Part shown: positions 1 to 11,800 of the stretch, in pieces
How the letters are laid out: each line of letters begins with the position of its first letter
Numbering within the stretch: the first letter of the stretch is position 1
The notes under the pieces: generated by a model
Database searches by the model: none
What the model was told of the DNA's origin: nothing
Seen by the model: only the letters and a program-made list of their open reading frames with translations
Source of the DNA: Convolutriloba macropyga
Taxonomy: Eukaryota
DNA: 64,000 nucleotides
Reading direction: 5' to 3'
Assembly (NCBI RefSeq): GCF_964194025.1
Contig: NC_134473.1
Span: 59,210,001-59,274,000, forward strand
Program-made: the position numbers and the translations under genes

Positions 1-685
1 ACAGGTGTTATATCTGCTAACTTTAAGGCCTTGGGAAACTTACATTGCATTATAGCATTATTGAAAATCAAAGTTAGTACGGTTGCCACAATATGAGCAC
101 TGTCAATCAATGCCCAAGGTGGGATGGGAGATGGCCCACGAGGTTTGTCTTTTCTAAGTCGCAGTAATTCATCGGTTACTTCGCGTACAGCAAACGAGCG
201 AAAGCCAAAACAATTAGAATCTTGCTCATGTTCAGTCTCTTTGAAGTTTGGTGGAGCACTCCTGCTGCGGCCTAGGTATTCGCCAAGCTTGGAAAACTTA
301 TAGTTGAGTAGTTCGGCAATTTGCATGGGACCAGTTAAAACGTCGCCAAATGAATTTCTAGGACTATCATTACTCATGCTAGGACGGGCCGAGTTTGTTT
401 GTTCATTTATGAAATTCCATCTGTCTTTGTCTGTAGACAATTGTCGTAGGAGATCTTTATTCACTTTCGCTTCATTACTTGAAATAAATTTTCTAAGATT
501 TCTTTGTTTTTCCCGGTAGTGTTTCCGGTTTGTTTCGTTTTGGTTTTCAGAAAACGTTCTAAAAGCATCTTGCTTTTCTTGCAGGGCATGTTTGCACTCG
601 TCATTAAACCAGCCTTTTAAATAATTTTTTCGTGCAGTCCTAACAAAAACTGCTTTTTTTAGGAGCGTAAAGTCTTAAGACTCTT

Positions 686-1780
686 TCAAAAGTATTGTTG
701 AAGTACTCCTCTGTTTTCTGGATCAGAAAGAGTCCATAGAAAACCCCAATTTTGTTGTGAGAGGGTTTTGCAGAATTCTTCTATAGAATAGTAACGCTTA
801 TCAAATATAACCTTTCGGACAGCTTCTTTAGATGGTTTAATATTGCAATGGGATATTACCAACTGAGCCAAATGATCTGATTTGACTATTGTATCACATA
901 CAAATGAATCAGTAAAGGAAGTGTCGGTGACAATGTAATCAATTATGGACGACCAATTTTCAGTAATTCCAGTAGGTAGAAAAGTGTTACAGACTTTAAG
1001 ACCATAAGGATTGAGAACAGTGCTTAGATTGGTTCTTTCAGATTCTTTGAGATAATTTATGTTTAAATCTCCCATGATGGTTAGAGATTTTCCCTCAACA
1101 GCAACAATATCAATGGAACGGTTGAGTGTATTCAGAAAGCTGTCCATAAGACTTTTAGATGGACTATATAAAACCGCAACAACAGCTTTAGTTCCACTTC
1201 CAGTGGATGAGTACTCAACCCACATGCTTTCAAAACTCGTTTGCTCAAAATGTGTACACAGATCAGGTCTCACTTTAGGAGACAGGATTTTTGGGACTGC
1301 TAAAAGAACACCACCGCCCTTAGTGTTGCACTTCCGATCATTTCTGAAAGAGCTATACAATGGATCGAGGTCCCAGAGTTTTTCATCATCCTCAGGTGTC
1401 AACCATGTTTCAGTAATGCCAAAGATTGTGTTTGGTGTCAAGTCTTGGATGAGTTTTATTAGGTGTGTTCTTTGTTTCCTAGCACTTAGTGCGTTGAAGT
1501 GAAAAAATTTGAGTAAAGAAGGAGAACGACTAACCTGATGTTGAAGGTCCATGTAGCCGATTGCTGCTGGTCCGGTGTTTGTCTCCACGTCCCCAAATAG
1601 TAGTAGGGTCTTTGATATATGGTATATTTTGTAAATAAGGAGTGTGAGAAAATATGCGACGTTTCTGGTGTGTTTTTTACCTAATTTGATTACCCTGTTG
1701 CTGTCAACTGTGTAATTAAGATTTGAAATTAAAAGATATAATAAGAAAACCCGAACAAGGAGAGAATAGTATAACATCAA
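686..1780 (-). pseudogene. LINE ORF2 N-terminal part (2A-like peptide + apurinic-like endonuclease), truncated by frameshift
   Basis: 364-aa ORF with APE motifs; LLLFGDVETNTGP with the GDVETNTGP motif at 1594-1568. Confidence 0.85.
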
Positions 1781-1821
1781 TAAACTTAGTTACAGATGAA
1801 TGGCATTAGACTTAGGAAAGA

Positions 1822-2867
1822 TCAGGGCCTGTTTGCGCCTCTGACATAAGTGTATGTTTGCTTAGTGTTACCGTAGTAGCCACCATTATTGAAATAGTGG
1901 TTTCCATTTTTATTAGCCCCGTAGATATTATTATAATTATAATTATAATGATAATTAGACTCATAGTTGGGACGCGGCTTTAGCACTTTTCGTTTATGGG
2001 AATCCGCATATATCGCACCAGTAGCTTGATTAGCTCTTTTGCGTGGTCTAGGAATATGGTTAGTAAATGGGGCAACATAGGAGAACAGGAGGCTTTTCAA
2101 ATAGGGGGTGCCGGTCTCATCATTAAAATGAACAGCATTGTGATATAGCTTGGACCATTTTCCATTAGACTTCACTTTTTGGTTAAGGGGAATGAGAGAG
2201 TATACATCAGAACAAGTGAACATATCATTTAATAGCACATTCACTTGATCAATCTTATACCGAGGGTTTTCGTCGTCAAGATTTTCAACAACTGGGGGGA
2301 TTTCACAAATGAAAATCTTTTGCGGCTGAAACTTTTCATATATTTGAGAGATGAGCGCTTTGATATTGTTCGCAATTTCTTTGGGGGATTTGTAGTTTCC
2401 TTAAAAATGCTATTGGTACCATCTTGTATTATGATGATATTCAATTGCGCAAAGTTCGTTTTTTGCAGTATCGTCATCTTCTCATCCGTTGTGGAACCAG
2501 AATACGGGATAATCTCCACATCTAGCGGCAGCTCGTTTTGGTTCACTCTAGCAACAATACTTGAACCCAGTATCAAATTCGTGGTGGTATTAGCAATTTG
2601 TCTGGTTTGAAAAGACCTGACCTTTAAGTTTTGTGCAGGAGCATCATTGCAGTTGGCGGCTGTAGAGGGTACCACTACATCAGGCTTGTCCACGACACAC
2701 TTGAAGATAGCTTTCTGCTGGTCCAGGATACTGTGGAGCACCTCTTGTCGATTCAGCAGTTGCTTGTTGGTGGCCTCACTGTCTTTGTATCGTTGATGTA
2801 GCTCCATGTATACAGCATATGCCTCTGCTTTGTTAAGTTTGTTGAATGCTTCTTGTGATAGTGCCAT
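1822..2867 (-). pseudogene. LINE ORF1 (coiled coil + SGNH esterase-like), split into two ORF pieces
   Basis: 208-aa and 140-aa overlapping ORFs directly upstream of ORF2; esterase-block motifs as in CR1/L2 ORF1. Confidence 0.7.
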
Positions 2868-3105
2868 GTACCGTGTACAACATACAGAGATCCAGTGGAA
2901 ACGAAACTTGGAATAACTTTATAGGGACGTAATAACATTTTTGGCAAGAAAAAAAGATTTGTACAAACTTGAAAGATCATTGCACGTTTTCTGGAAGTTA
3001 CCCATCATGGCCAGTCTTAAATGTGAACTAAGTATGATATGGGAATCAAACTGAGAAAAAAAGTATTTTCGTCGAAACCACATCATAGTAGAAACCTGTT
3101 TCAAG

Positions 3106-3265
3106 ACAAAACTATACTGATGGATAAATTCGCGTCAACAAGTCTGTGGATTGTGGCTTGCAAATTGACACACAGTAATAGATGGATAGAGCCCCATGGC
3201 TGCTGCAGACTAATCCATTCTACAGAAATCGAAACTCTGGGATATCGAAGCTCGAGAAACCAAAG
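3106..3265 (+). CDS. GNAT (LuxI/FeeM-like) acyltransferase paralog A, exon 2a (exon 1 lies outside the window)
   Basis: (D)KTILMDKFASTSLWIVAC...PHGCCRLIHSTEIETLGYRSSRNQ aligns with exon 2 of B and C; acceptor ttcaag|AC is at the homologous position. Confidence 0.8.
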
Positions 3266-3830
3266 GGATCTGTTTCCTTAAACATCAATTTTATATAATA
3301 TAAAATATAAATTTTTGTTTTTCATAAGCCCATGCTAACGCACAATGAATAATACCAAACGATTGTTTACGCCATGATTAAGTTCAAATTTCGACTCGAA
3401 CCCGAGTTGTTATTTACTTCGAGAGGGTGATAAGAACCGCGTGGTAAATGTCTCTAATCAACTCTCGTTGCGATTACAACAGTTGCATAACTTATAAACC
3501 TGTGGAGCCGTTAAGACTATTTCTTTCCGTCGCTTTTTTCTCGCCACTCTTGTAGAAACAGTGGCGAGAAAAGAGTGGCCCAAAGAAGTAGCCAATTACC
3601 GAAGCAGAGATTTGTCGCTGTTTCAAATTTCCGAAGTATTCATGGGGCACTAATAGGTTATTCCGTAGATAAGTTGAGCACCTGCTGTTCTGGCGTCGAT
3701 AGTTGATTAATTGCAAATATTCTGATAGTACCAGCCATTATAGTTAATATACATTAAAAGTGCTCTACTAAATTATTAAATCTTTTATTGCAATATTGAA
3801 CCGTGGAAGAGGAAACAGTTCCGGCAAAAG
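3266..3830 (+). other. Putative non-canonical GG-AG intron (565 nt) with terminal inverted repeat, specific to paralog A
   Basis: Removal gives CAA AG|T CTA = RNQSLVD, matching RNRSLVD in B. Exons 2a+2b = 160+86 = 246 nt, exactly the exon 2 length of B and C. ggatctgtttcct (3266-3278) pairs with aggaaacagttcc (3810-3822). Confidence 0.7.
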
Positions 3831-3916
3831 TCTAGTTGACCTTGGCAACGAATTTGGTGGCAAGGACTTGGTTGAGATCAACAGGTTTGCGTTGAGGAAA
3901 CAGTTGAGAAACCAAG
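3831..3916 (+). CDS. GNAT paralog A, exon 2b
   Basis: LVDLGNEFGGKDLVEINRFALRKQLRNQ(G), homologous to the 3' part of exon 2 in B/C; ends at a GC donor (CAAG|gcatgt). Confidence 0.8.
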
Positions 3917-3999
3917 GCATGTTTCCCATCAAATTTGGTATGAATTGCGGACTGGCTAAAGATGGAAAAGATGATTAAAAGAGCGATTCAATGGTCAGA

Positions 4000-4571
4000 C
4001 GGTTACATGACAATTTACCCAATTCCATTTTACCCAATGCCAATTTACCCTACGCTATTTTACCCGACCTGCCATTTTACCCAATGCCATTTTACCCAAT
4101 ACCAACTTACCCAATGCTCTTTGATCTTTTTGTTCAATTATCCGATTGCAGTCGCCATTAGCAGTCGCTATTACAAGGATGGTTTAAAATGTTTGTGGAC
4201 AATATAATCTCATGTTCGGTTGTAATATTTTCATATCAAGTCCCACAGGCCATTTAATTATATAGTCCGCTAATTCCATGTTCGGTTGTAATAGTTTCAT
4301 ATCAAGTCCCACAGGCCATTTAATTATATAGTCCGCTAATTCCATGTTCGGTTGTGATAGTTTCATATCAAGTCTCACAGGCCATTTAATGATAAATTGG
4401 CTAATTCCATGTTCGGTTGTGATAGTTTCATATCAAGTCCCACGGGCCATTCATTTTATAGTCGGCTAAATAGTCGTTCTGGTTAATTTAGCAATGGGGT
4501 AAATTGGGTAAGTTGGCATTCGGTATAATGGCATTGGGTAAAATTGAATTTGGTAAATTGTCCTGACACCG
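4000..4571. mobile_element. Non-autonomous DNA transposon (MITE) with CGG...CCG termini, subterminal ccattttaccc repeats and an internal 66-bp minisatellite
   Basis: Imperfect TIR cggttacatgacaatttacc / ggtaaattgtcctgacaccg; 6-bp direct repeat GTCAGA on both sides (3994-3999, 4572-4577); ~4 copies of a 66-bp unit at ~4211-4465. Confidence 0.8.
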
Positions 4572-4975
4572 GTCAGACATGGTCGGATATTGCTTTAAAG
4601 ACCAGCAAAATTGCTTTTACGAGCATTTCTAAATAAAAAGTGACGTTTTTTAGGAAACGCATTTAGTACTGCTTATATTTTTAGAGAGGAAAATTTTTGT
4701 CGAGCAAAAATTGCAGAACAGCAAAACCTATCGTATTGAAAGCAAGCAAATATTCAGACAATTAAATTTTTACCATTCGAAGAATTAAACCATTAGTAAC
4801 TTCAGTTAATATCATGTTTCTTCTTCTTATTATTAGTAGAACACCAAACCTATAATATTGATTTGAAATATTGTGCTAGAATAATTTTTTTGCGCGTAAA
4901 TTTCAATGAACTGTTATCAAATTAATTTACGTTTCACATTTAAAAGAAACAAAGCAAAACACTGAAGCGCAAAAC

Positions 4976-5069
4976 ACCGACAGCTCTCTTGCATATCCGA
5001 CAGCTATCCTGTAATATCTTGCAATATGGTGCACGATCTTGCAAGATTCTTATAAGATAGCAGTCGGTA
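4976..5069. repeat. Short palindromic element (MITE remnant)
   Basis: accgacagct... / ...agcagtcggt inverted ends with internal tcttgca repeats. Confidence 0.45.
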
Positions 5070-5747
5070 ATAGACTAGGTCAATTTTCAGTTTAGAACTC
5101 AAACAAAATCGCAGCGTGTCACAGCATATCAGACAGGTTGAAGGCGGCGAAGGTTAATGGCGACGTGTTCTATTGTACTATCAAACACCCCAACTTTTTT
5201 ATTTTGTGCATCGTGTTTATGTTTATTAGCCGGCGTCAGCCTCTCAACGGCTCTTGGTTTTTTTCAATTCAAGGAATTCGAAATGTATTGGGGGCGTTGT
5301 CTTATTTTAAGATCTGTTCACACATTTTCATGATTTCTGAAGTCATAATGGAGTAGTGATTTTGGTCATGCCGAAACAGGAAATGGAGCGAAAAAGAGAG
5401 TGGTTTTGCGACATGAATTTTTTTCATTCGAATATTCAAGTACAGTAAAAAATCGTTATTTGATCGAAAATTCGCTTTCTGGCTAGTAGTTTTCTGTTTT
5501 TTTTTGTTCACATGCGACAATTTCACATTGATTTTTATTGTTTTTCAACTTTTTGGATAGGATTTTCTTCTAATTGGTTTTCCCAATCCATTCATACTTC
5601 CTTCTAGGCCTAGTATTTTGTTTGAACCAAATTTCCCTCTCTCGCAAGTGGTTTTTTGTTCACATGCGGCATTTTGACTTTGATTTTCTGTTTTTTAATT
5701 TTTTGATCTGATTTTTTTGGAAATAGTTTTCCCAATTCACTCCTAGT

Positions 5748-8060
5748 CTTATGATGAGATAGTTTGTGATTTGCAGAACCTTTGACTGGTGCTTGGAGCT
5801 AGAGGTGAACAAGAGCAGCAAAGGAATGAGAAAAAATGAGAGTCGCTGCCGAAAGCTGAAATGTGACTAAACAAACAATCTGGGTTAAAATTGAAGTAAT
5901 AAAATATATGAAATCAGTTTTCACGCAATTATCCTTGATTTGAGGTAAAATTGAGCTCCAACACTCGGGCTACTGTTGCCACAATCCCCCTGACGGGGAT
6001 AGAGAGGGATCGTGTAGGTTGGGATCGACAGACCTTCGTCCCGATATTTTCCGGGTATTTTTTCTCAAAATATGCGACAAAGTGATGCTTTTAAAATCCG
6101 ACAATTAGAGGAAACATTTCGCGTAGGTCAGAGCATCACCGGAAGAAGTGGCTTTTTCTCAGTTATTTTTTCGCGATAGATTGGTTTTTCGAAGTGATGC
6201 ATTTATTTTTTCTACTATGCGTTGTTTTGTCATGTGAGTTTGCAGCGGCGATTTTGCTTGCAGCTTCAATTTATGGGGGATTGAGTTCAAACGTGATACA
6301 AAGTTATTATTGAAGAGATGGCATGTTTTTTTGTATTAAATTGTATTGACCGTTTGTTCTCTCCGTTTGCTTGGTCAAAATTTAGAGACAGGAATGGTAT
6401 CAAGGCAAGTCTTGAGCGCTCACTGTGCACTTATAGTTACCCTAGTCGATAAGACTCAATAAAAATGACCAGATACTTGTAGGGAACATTTCATTTGTTG
6501 AGTTTCGAACGTAAGAAAGATTCGGGATGTTAACATAGTGACAAATAGCTACAGTTGAAAACTAAACCTAGGAATAATTTCATAGGTATCAAAAGTGAAC
6601 ATAATTACGATTTGAAAGAAAAAAACAAACCTGAGGTCTTTGTTTATTTTTTTAAACTAAAACAACATGCCTTAAGAGGACATATAATTGACTGTATTGA
6701 GTTGCGTATCTTTAACCAGACCGTTTTATGATGAGATGGTTTGTGATTTGCAGAACATTTGAATGGTGCTTGGAGCTAGAGGTGCACGAGAAATCAGTTT
6801 TCACGCAATTATCTTGATTTGAGGTTAGGTTGAGCTCCAGCGCTCGGGCTACTGTTGCCACAATCCTCCTGACGGGAATAGAGGGGGACTGGGTATGTTG
6901 GGACCGACAGACCTTCGTCCCGGTATTTTCCGGGTATTTTTTCTCAAAATATGCGAGAAAGTGATGCTTTTAAAATCCGACAATTAGAGGAAATAATTGG
7001 CGTAGGTCAGAGGATCAACGAAGGAAGTGGTCTGTTTCCTGTTATATTTTCGCGGTACATTGGTTTTTCGATGTGATATTTTTATTTTTTCTACTATGCG
7101 TTGTTTGGGCATGTGAGTTTGCAGCGGCGATTTTGCTTGCAGCTTCAATTTATGGGGGATTGAGTTCAAACGTGATACAAAGTTATTATTGAAGAGATGG
7201 CATGTTTTTTTTGTATTATATTGTATTGACAGTTTGTTCTCTCCGTTTGCTTGGTCAAAATTTAGAGACAGAAATGGTATCAAGGCATATCTTTTGAGCG
7301 CTCACTGTGCAATTATAGTTACTCTAGTCGATAAGACTCAATAAAAATGACCAGAAACTTGTAGGGTAAGAAAGATTCGGGATGTTAACATAGTGACAAA
7401 TAGCTACAGTAGAGAACTAAACGTAGGAATAATTTCTTAGGTATCAAAAGTGAACATAATTACGATTTGAAAGAAAAAAACAAACCTGAGGTTTTTGGTC
7501 GTTTTTTTAAAAATAAAACAACATGCCTTAAGAGGACATGTAATTGACAGTCTTGAGTTGCGTATCTTTAACCAGACCGTCTTATGATGAGATGGTTTGT
7601 GATTTGCAGAACCTTTGACTGGTGCTTGGAGCTAGAGGTGAACGAGAGCAGCAGAGGAATGAGAAAAAATGAGAATCGCTGCCGAAAGCTCAAATGTGAC
7701 TGACCAAACAATCTGGGTTAAAATTGAAGTAATAAAATCTATGACATCAGTTTTCACGCAATTATTCTTGATTTGAGGTAAGGTTGAGCTCCAACACTCG
7801 GGCTACTGTTGCCGCAATCCCCCTAACGGGGATAGAGGGGGATCGGGTAGGTTGGGACCGACAGACCTTCGTCCCGATATTTTGCGGGTATTTTTCTCAA
7901 AATATGCGACAAAGTGATGCTTTTAAAATCCGACAATTAGAGGAAATATTTGGCGTAGGTCAGAGGATCAACGAAGGAAGTGGTCTGTTTCCTGTTGTAT
8001 TTTTGCGGTAGATTGGTTTTTCGATGTGATGCATTTTTTTCTACTATGCGTTGTTTTTTT
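5748..8060. repeat. Tandem array of ~0.86-0.98 kb units (about 2.5 copies) in the last intron of paralog A
   Basis: ttatgatgagat(a/g)gtttgtgatttgcagaac recurs at ~5749, ~6726 and ~7582, each followed by hundreds of near-identical bases. Confidence 0.9.
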
Positions 8061-8406
8061 TGTGAAATTTTTAAATTTAAATTGTTTCTGCTTTTCTGAG
8101 TTTCTTCTCATAGGACCTGGGATATTATGAGAACGGTCATCACCGTCTTTTTTGGCGCTTTTTTTCTTTAGAACGTAGGATAGGAAATAATTTCGTTTTT
8201 TCTTTAGAGCTAGGTTAAGAAAAAAAAATGGCGTGTGTGTGTGGTTGTGAATATTGCAATTTTGGAAGTTTGTGAATTTTGGATGAGAAAGATTCTTTCA
8301 TTAATAACATCCTGAATTGACTAGGAAAAACAATAATGTTAATTATTTGGCTGAGAAAGTGACATAAAACAGGTTTCTAGCGGATGTGGGAAATTTGCCA
8401 AAAAAG

Positions 8407-8786
8407 GAGTTGGACGCGAAATATTGAATATTGCACTTGACATACATCGATGTCTGTGGCCGGATCGACCTCTACTTTACACGACTAATGTGAAAGTTAC
8501 GAAGGAACACGTAATGAACAAACTAGTAGAAACTCAACCAAATAGGTTTTCGCTTCAAATCTTCGGAGATCCTTTTCGATACGAAGAACACGATCCACAT
8601 TATTGCCATACTCATATATTACGGAACAAGTTTACGAGTAATAGCGAGTTTTTATCAGATTCTCAATTCAGAAAAGCTTTGAACCATTCATTGCCAATTA
8701 CAATAGTGAGTTATAAAGATACTGGTTCTTCGCCAAATGAGAAGCAAAATTTTATCTTCGGAAATGTTGCATGGCAAATGAAATAA
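8407..8786 (+). CDS. GNAT paralog A, last exon
   Basis: (G)VGREILNIALDIHRCLWPDRPLLYT...FGDPFRYEEHD...; homologous to the last exons of B and C; TAA stop. Confidence 0.85.
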
Positions 8787-8949
8787 TGTTTCCCTGGGCT
8801 ATTTTCACCAGCTGTTTTTTTACTGTATCAACCTAGTGTCATATTTCATATAACTTTTACCTATCAATTAAATATTTATAAACAAAATTTTCATAGCTGA
8901 CATGCGCGTGGGATTTTACACATAACGTCCCACTCTAGCTGAGTTCGAA

Positions 8950-11344
8950 GCCCCAAATGATCATAACACTATATCTGTGTTCTTTACCGACCTCCTTCAG
9001 CAAATCTGGATATTTTTTTTAATTTCTTTGAATCAATGCCCCATTTTCTGCGAACCGAAAATTCGAAAACTTTAATTTTTGGCGATTTTAACATTAATAT
9101 CTTGGAACAATCAACAATGAAGAAGATATTGTGGAATAATTGAATCGCTTGGATATCGAATCCAAAATAATGAACCAACTCGAAAAACAAATCTCACTTC
9201 TTGCATAGATCATATAACCGATGATGATTTGGTTTGCAAAATTTATGAAATTTCTATCTCAGATCATTATCCAATTTCGAGTAAAGTTCCCTATTGGGTG
9301 CACTCTATTGACCAAAAAAGAATTATAAAATACCGGAATCTGAATCAATTGACTGACCAAAAACTGCTAAACTTTTTGTTTTTGTTAGATCAAAACTTGA
9401 ATAAAAAATCAACGGAATCAGTCGATGGCAAAATTCAGTTTTTAGTTTCGACAATTATGCAAACTCTAAACAGATACGCGCCAGAAAAAAATAGTTATAA
9501 CTAAAAACGGATGTCCCTGGGTTAATAAAGAAATTAGGAATCTTCTTAAAAAACGCGATCAAGCCAGAAAAAAATGGTTTTCGTCTGATAAACCAAAAGA
9601 TAGAGAGAAGTATGTTTCTTTGAGAAATGAAATAACAAGCAAAATTAGAAAATAGCGAGCATATTTTTCGCGGTTGACAGATCAGTAAAATAGCAGAACA
9701 ATTTTTGATACCTTAAAAATTCTAAAGATCCCAAAAAAGAGACGCAGCAAGATGTGGATTTGGACGCTGACCATTTAAATGAAAATTTTAACTATCGGAG
9801 AAAAAATTCTGTCTGATATTCCTAAACTACAGCAACGCCAAAGCAGTAATTGTTTCCTCATTTTGTACAAATCATTATTTACAAAATTATTTACAAAATA
9901 TTGGTTGACTTCATCTCCAAAAACAAAGTTTTCTTGTAGACAATTTGGTTTTCGTTCAAAAAGATCATGTATTCATGCCATAGCTGAAATAACTGAAAAT
10001 ATAAGATTGTCTATGAATAACAAAAACCCTTGCGCATCAGTTTTCCTTGATATAATAAAAGCTTTTGATACCATTGATCACTCACTGTTACTCAACAAAC
10101 TAGAAAGTTTTGGTTTTAGGGGCAATTTTAAAAAGCTTATTCAGTCCTACCTCAACAGCAGCCAACAATATGTTTTCTTCCAGTCCAAAACCTCTGAGAT
10201 TAAAAATATTAAAAATGTTGTCCCACAGGGCTCTGTGCTAGGCCCACTCCTCTTCCTAATTTTTGTAAATGATCTGCCAACAAATATGCAAAAATTGGAA
10301 ATCACATTGTTTGCTGACGATACCAAGATACTTTGTGGTGGAAAAGATATTGAAAAAAATCTCAAAGATAGCATTAGGGAGGTGATATTATGGTTCAATG
10401 AAAACAAACTTTGCGTTAATTCTAAAAAATCTCAGTTGATGTAATTTGGTAAAGACTTAGGGCTTAATTTGAACCCAATTTTATCAGATTGTGAACTACA
10501 AGAATCTGTAAAATATATAGGTATAACTCTTGATAGAAAACTGAATTTTGATTTTCATATTCAACAAACTATGAACAAATTAAAAAGGTGTTTTCTATAG
10601 AATTCGCGACTATTATACAATTTCAAAATTGATACAGTTTTATAACGTGTTTGCTAAGCCAGTGATCTCTTAAGGTCTATTGGTTTATGGCTGCACAAAC
10701 AAAAAGAGACTAACAAAAATTGATATGTGCCAACGAAAAATTTTGCGAGCCATCTTCTATCGAAAGCGGACAGATAGCCTTCAACATTACTACAGAAAAC
10801 ACAAAATACTCACTGTTTTTGACTTCTGTTTCTTGAACTTCTGAAGGAAACTGTTGAAGAAATTGCAAAGAGATCTCCTTGCTCTTTCATTAATCTTGAA
10901 AACGTGTCGTCGTGTAAATACCACACACGGAACCTCAAAAAAAAATTAATAAGGCAGGTCAAATTTAATAATGCAGCACTTGGAAACTCACTGCGGTTAA
11001 GGCTGACCAAGACTTATAATTTTTGCAAATCGAACTACCTTTTCCCTCAGATATTGAAATTCAAAAAATGAATTCGAAGCAGCTCAAAAATTTAGTAGAT
11101 CAAATTTTCCAAAACTATCTTTTCGACAGTGTCTTTTTTTACGTTAATTTTTGGCTGATTAGTGGCTGAGGTACACACTAACTCGTTCCTATTTTTCTTT
11201 AAAGTAAAATTTAATTGATAAATTTTTCAAAAGGGACGTCACCTAAACGAGCTGTAAAGCTTATCTGACGTACCTCTTGAAAACGTGTATAGTTATCAAT
11301 TGTAAACTGTTTTCAAGGAAGTTAATTCAACTTATAACTTATAA
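8950..11344 (+). mobile_element. 5'-truncated, degenerate CR1/L2-type LINE (endonuclease remnant + reverse transcriptase)
   Basis: VLYRPP and GDFNIN (APE) at ~8970-9100; SDHYPI; RT motifs QFGFRSKRS, VFLDIIKAFDTIDH, VPQGSVLGPLLFLIFVND, LFADDT; 3' tail of short repeats (ttcaacttataacttataac); many stops and frameshifts. Confidence 0.92.
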
Positions 11345-11652
11345 CGGCTACGTCATCAAGTACAGTGACTTATGGCTAAATAATGGGTTAAATTAGGTGC
11401 ACGCAACTTTGAGACAAACATTTATCTTAAATTTAAGTTTAGGGCGACTTGAAACGTGCAGAATTGACCAAAAATGACATGGCTTATATTAAAAAAAACT
11501 TTTCTGAGACCGAGAAATTGAGAAAGGAGCAGCAAAACGCCACCAAAATTACAGGAAAGTCTCAAAAAACGATTTTTCCAATCAACTGAGATAATTTTCC
11601 GACAAAGTGTTATGTTATCATCCTAAAATCTGCGCTCAAGAAAATTACTTTT

Positions 11653-11800
11653 GTTAATGATCAGAAATTAGCTCGTTAATGATCAGAAATTAGCTCGTTA
11701 ATGATCAGAATTCAGCTCGTTAATGATCAGAATTTAGCGCGTTAATGATCAGAATTTAGCTCGGTAATGATCAGAGTTTAGCTCTATGATGACCAGACTT
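11653..11800. repeat. 22-bp minisatellite (gttaatgatcagaa(a/t)ttagctc), ~6 copies
   Basis: Direct head-to-tail repeats without spacers; a cctggg MITE-like end follows at ~11949. Confidence 0.9.

Larger units (their letters stand above)
1..2900 (-). mobile_element. CR1/L2-type non-LTR retrotransposon (LINE), frameshifted, runs off the window start; antisense within the predicted first intron of GNAT paralog A
   Basis: ORF1 remnants 2867-2241 and 2244-1822 with SGNH-esterase-like motifs (LILGSSIV, IIIQDGTNSI). ORF2 1780-686 has APE endonuclease motifs (GITETWL, KGGGVLL, IMGDLNIN, IDYI, SDH). After a frameshift it continues into the RT N-terminus (GPSPIPPWAL...FPKALKLADITPV at ~140-1). The 5' boundary is approximate. 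Confidence 0.9.
3917..8406 (+). other. GC-AG intron of paralog A (4490 nt) with terminal stem
   Basis: Phase-1 join gives NQ-G-VGREILN, the same position as the GT intron in B/C. gcatgtttccca (3917-3928) pairs with tgggaaatttgc (8387-8398). Confidence 0.75.

Noticed and set aside
1059-2610. + strand ORFs of 147 aa and 121 aa
   Set aside because: Antisense shadows of the LINE ORFs.
11653-11800. Short regular repeats as a CRISPR array (also 62091-62230 and 4211-4465)
   Set aside because: Head-to-tail repeats without unique spacers, no cas genes, eukaryotic context.
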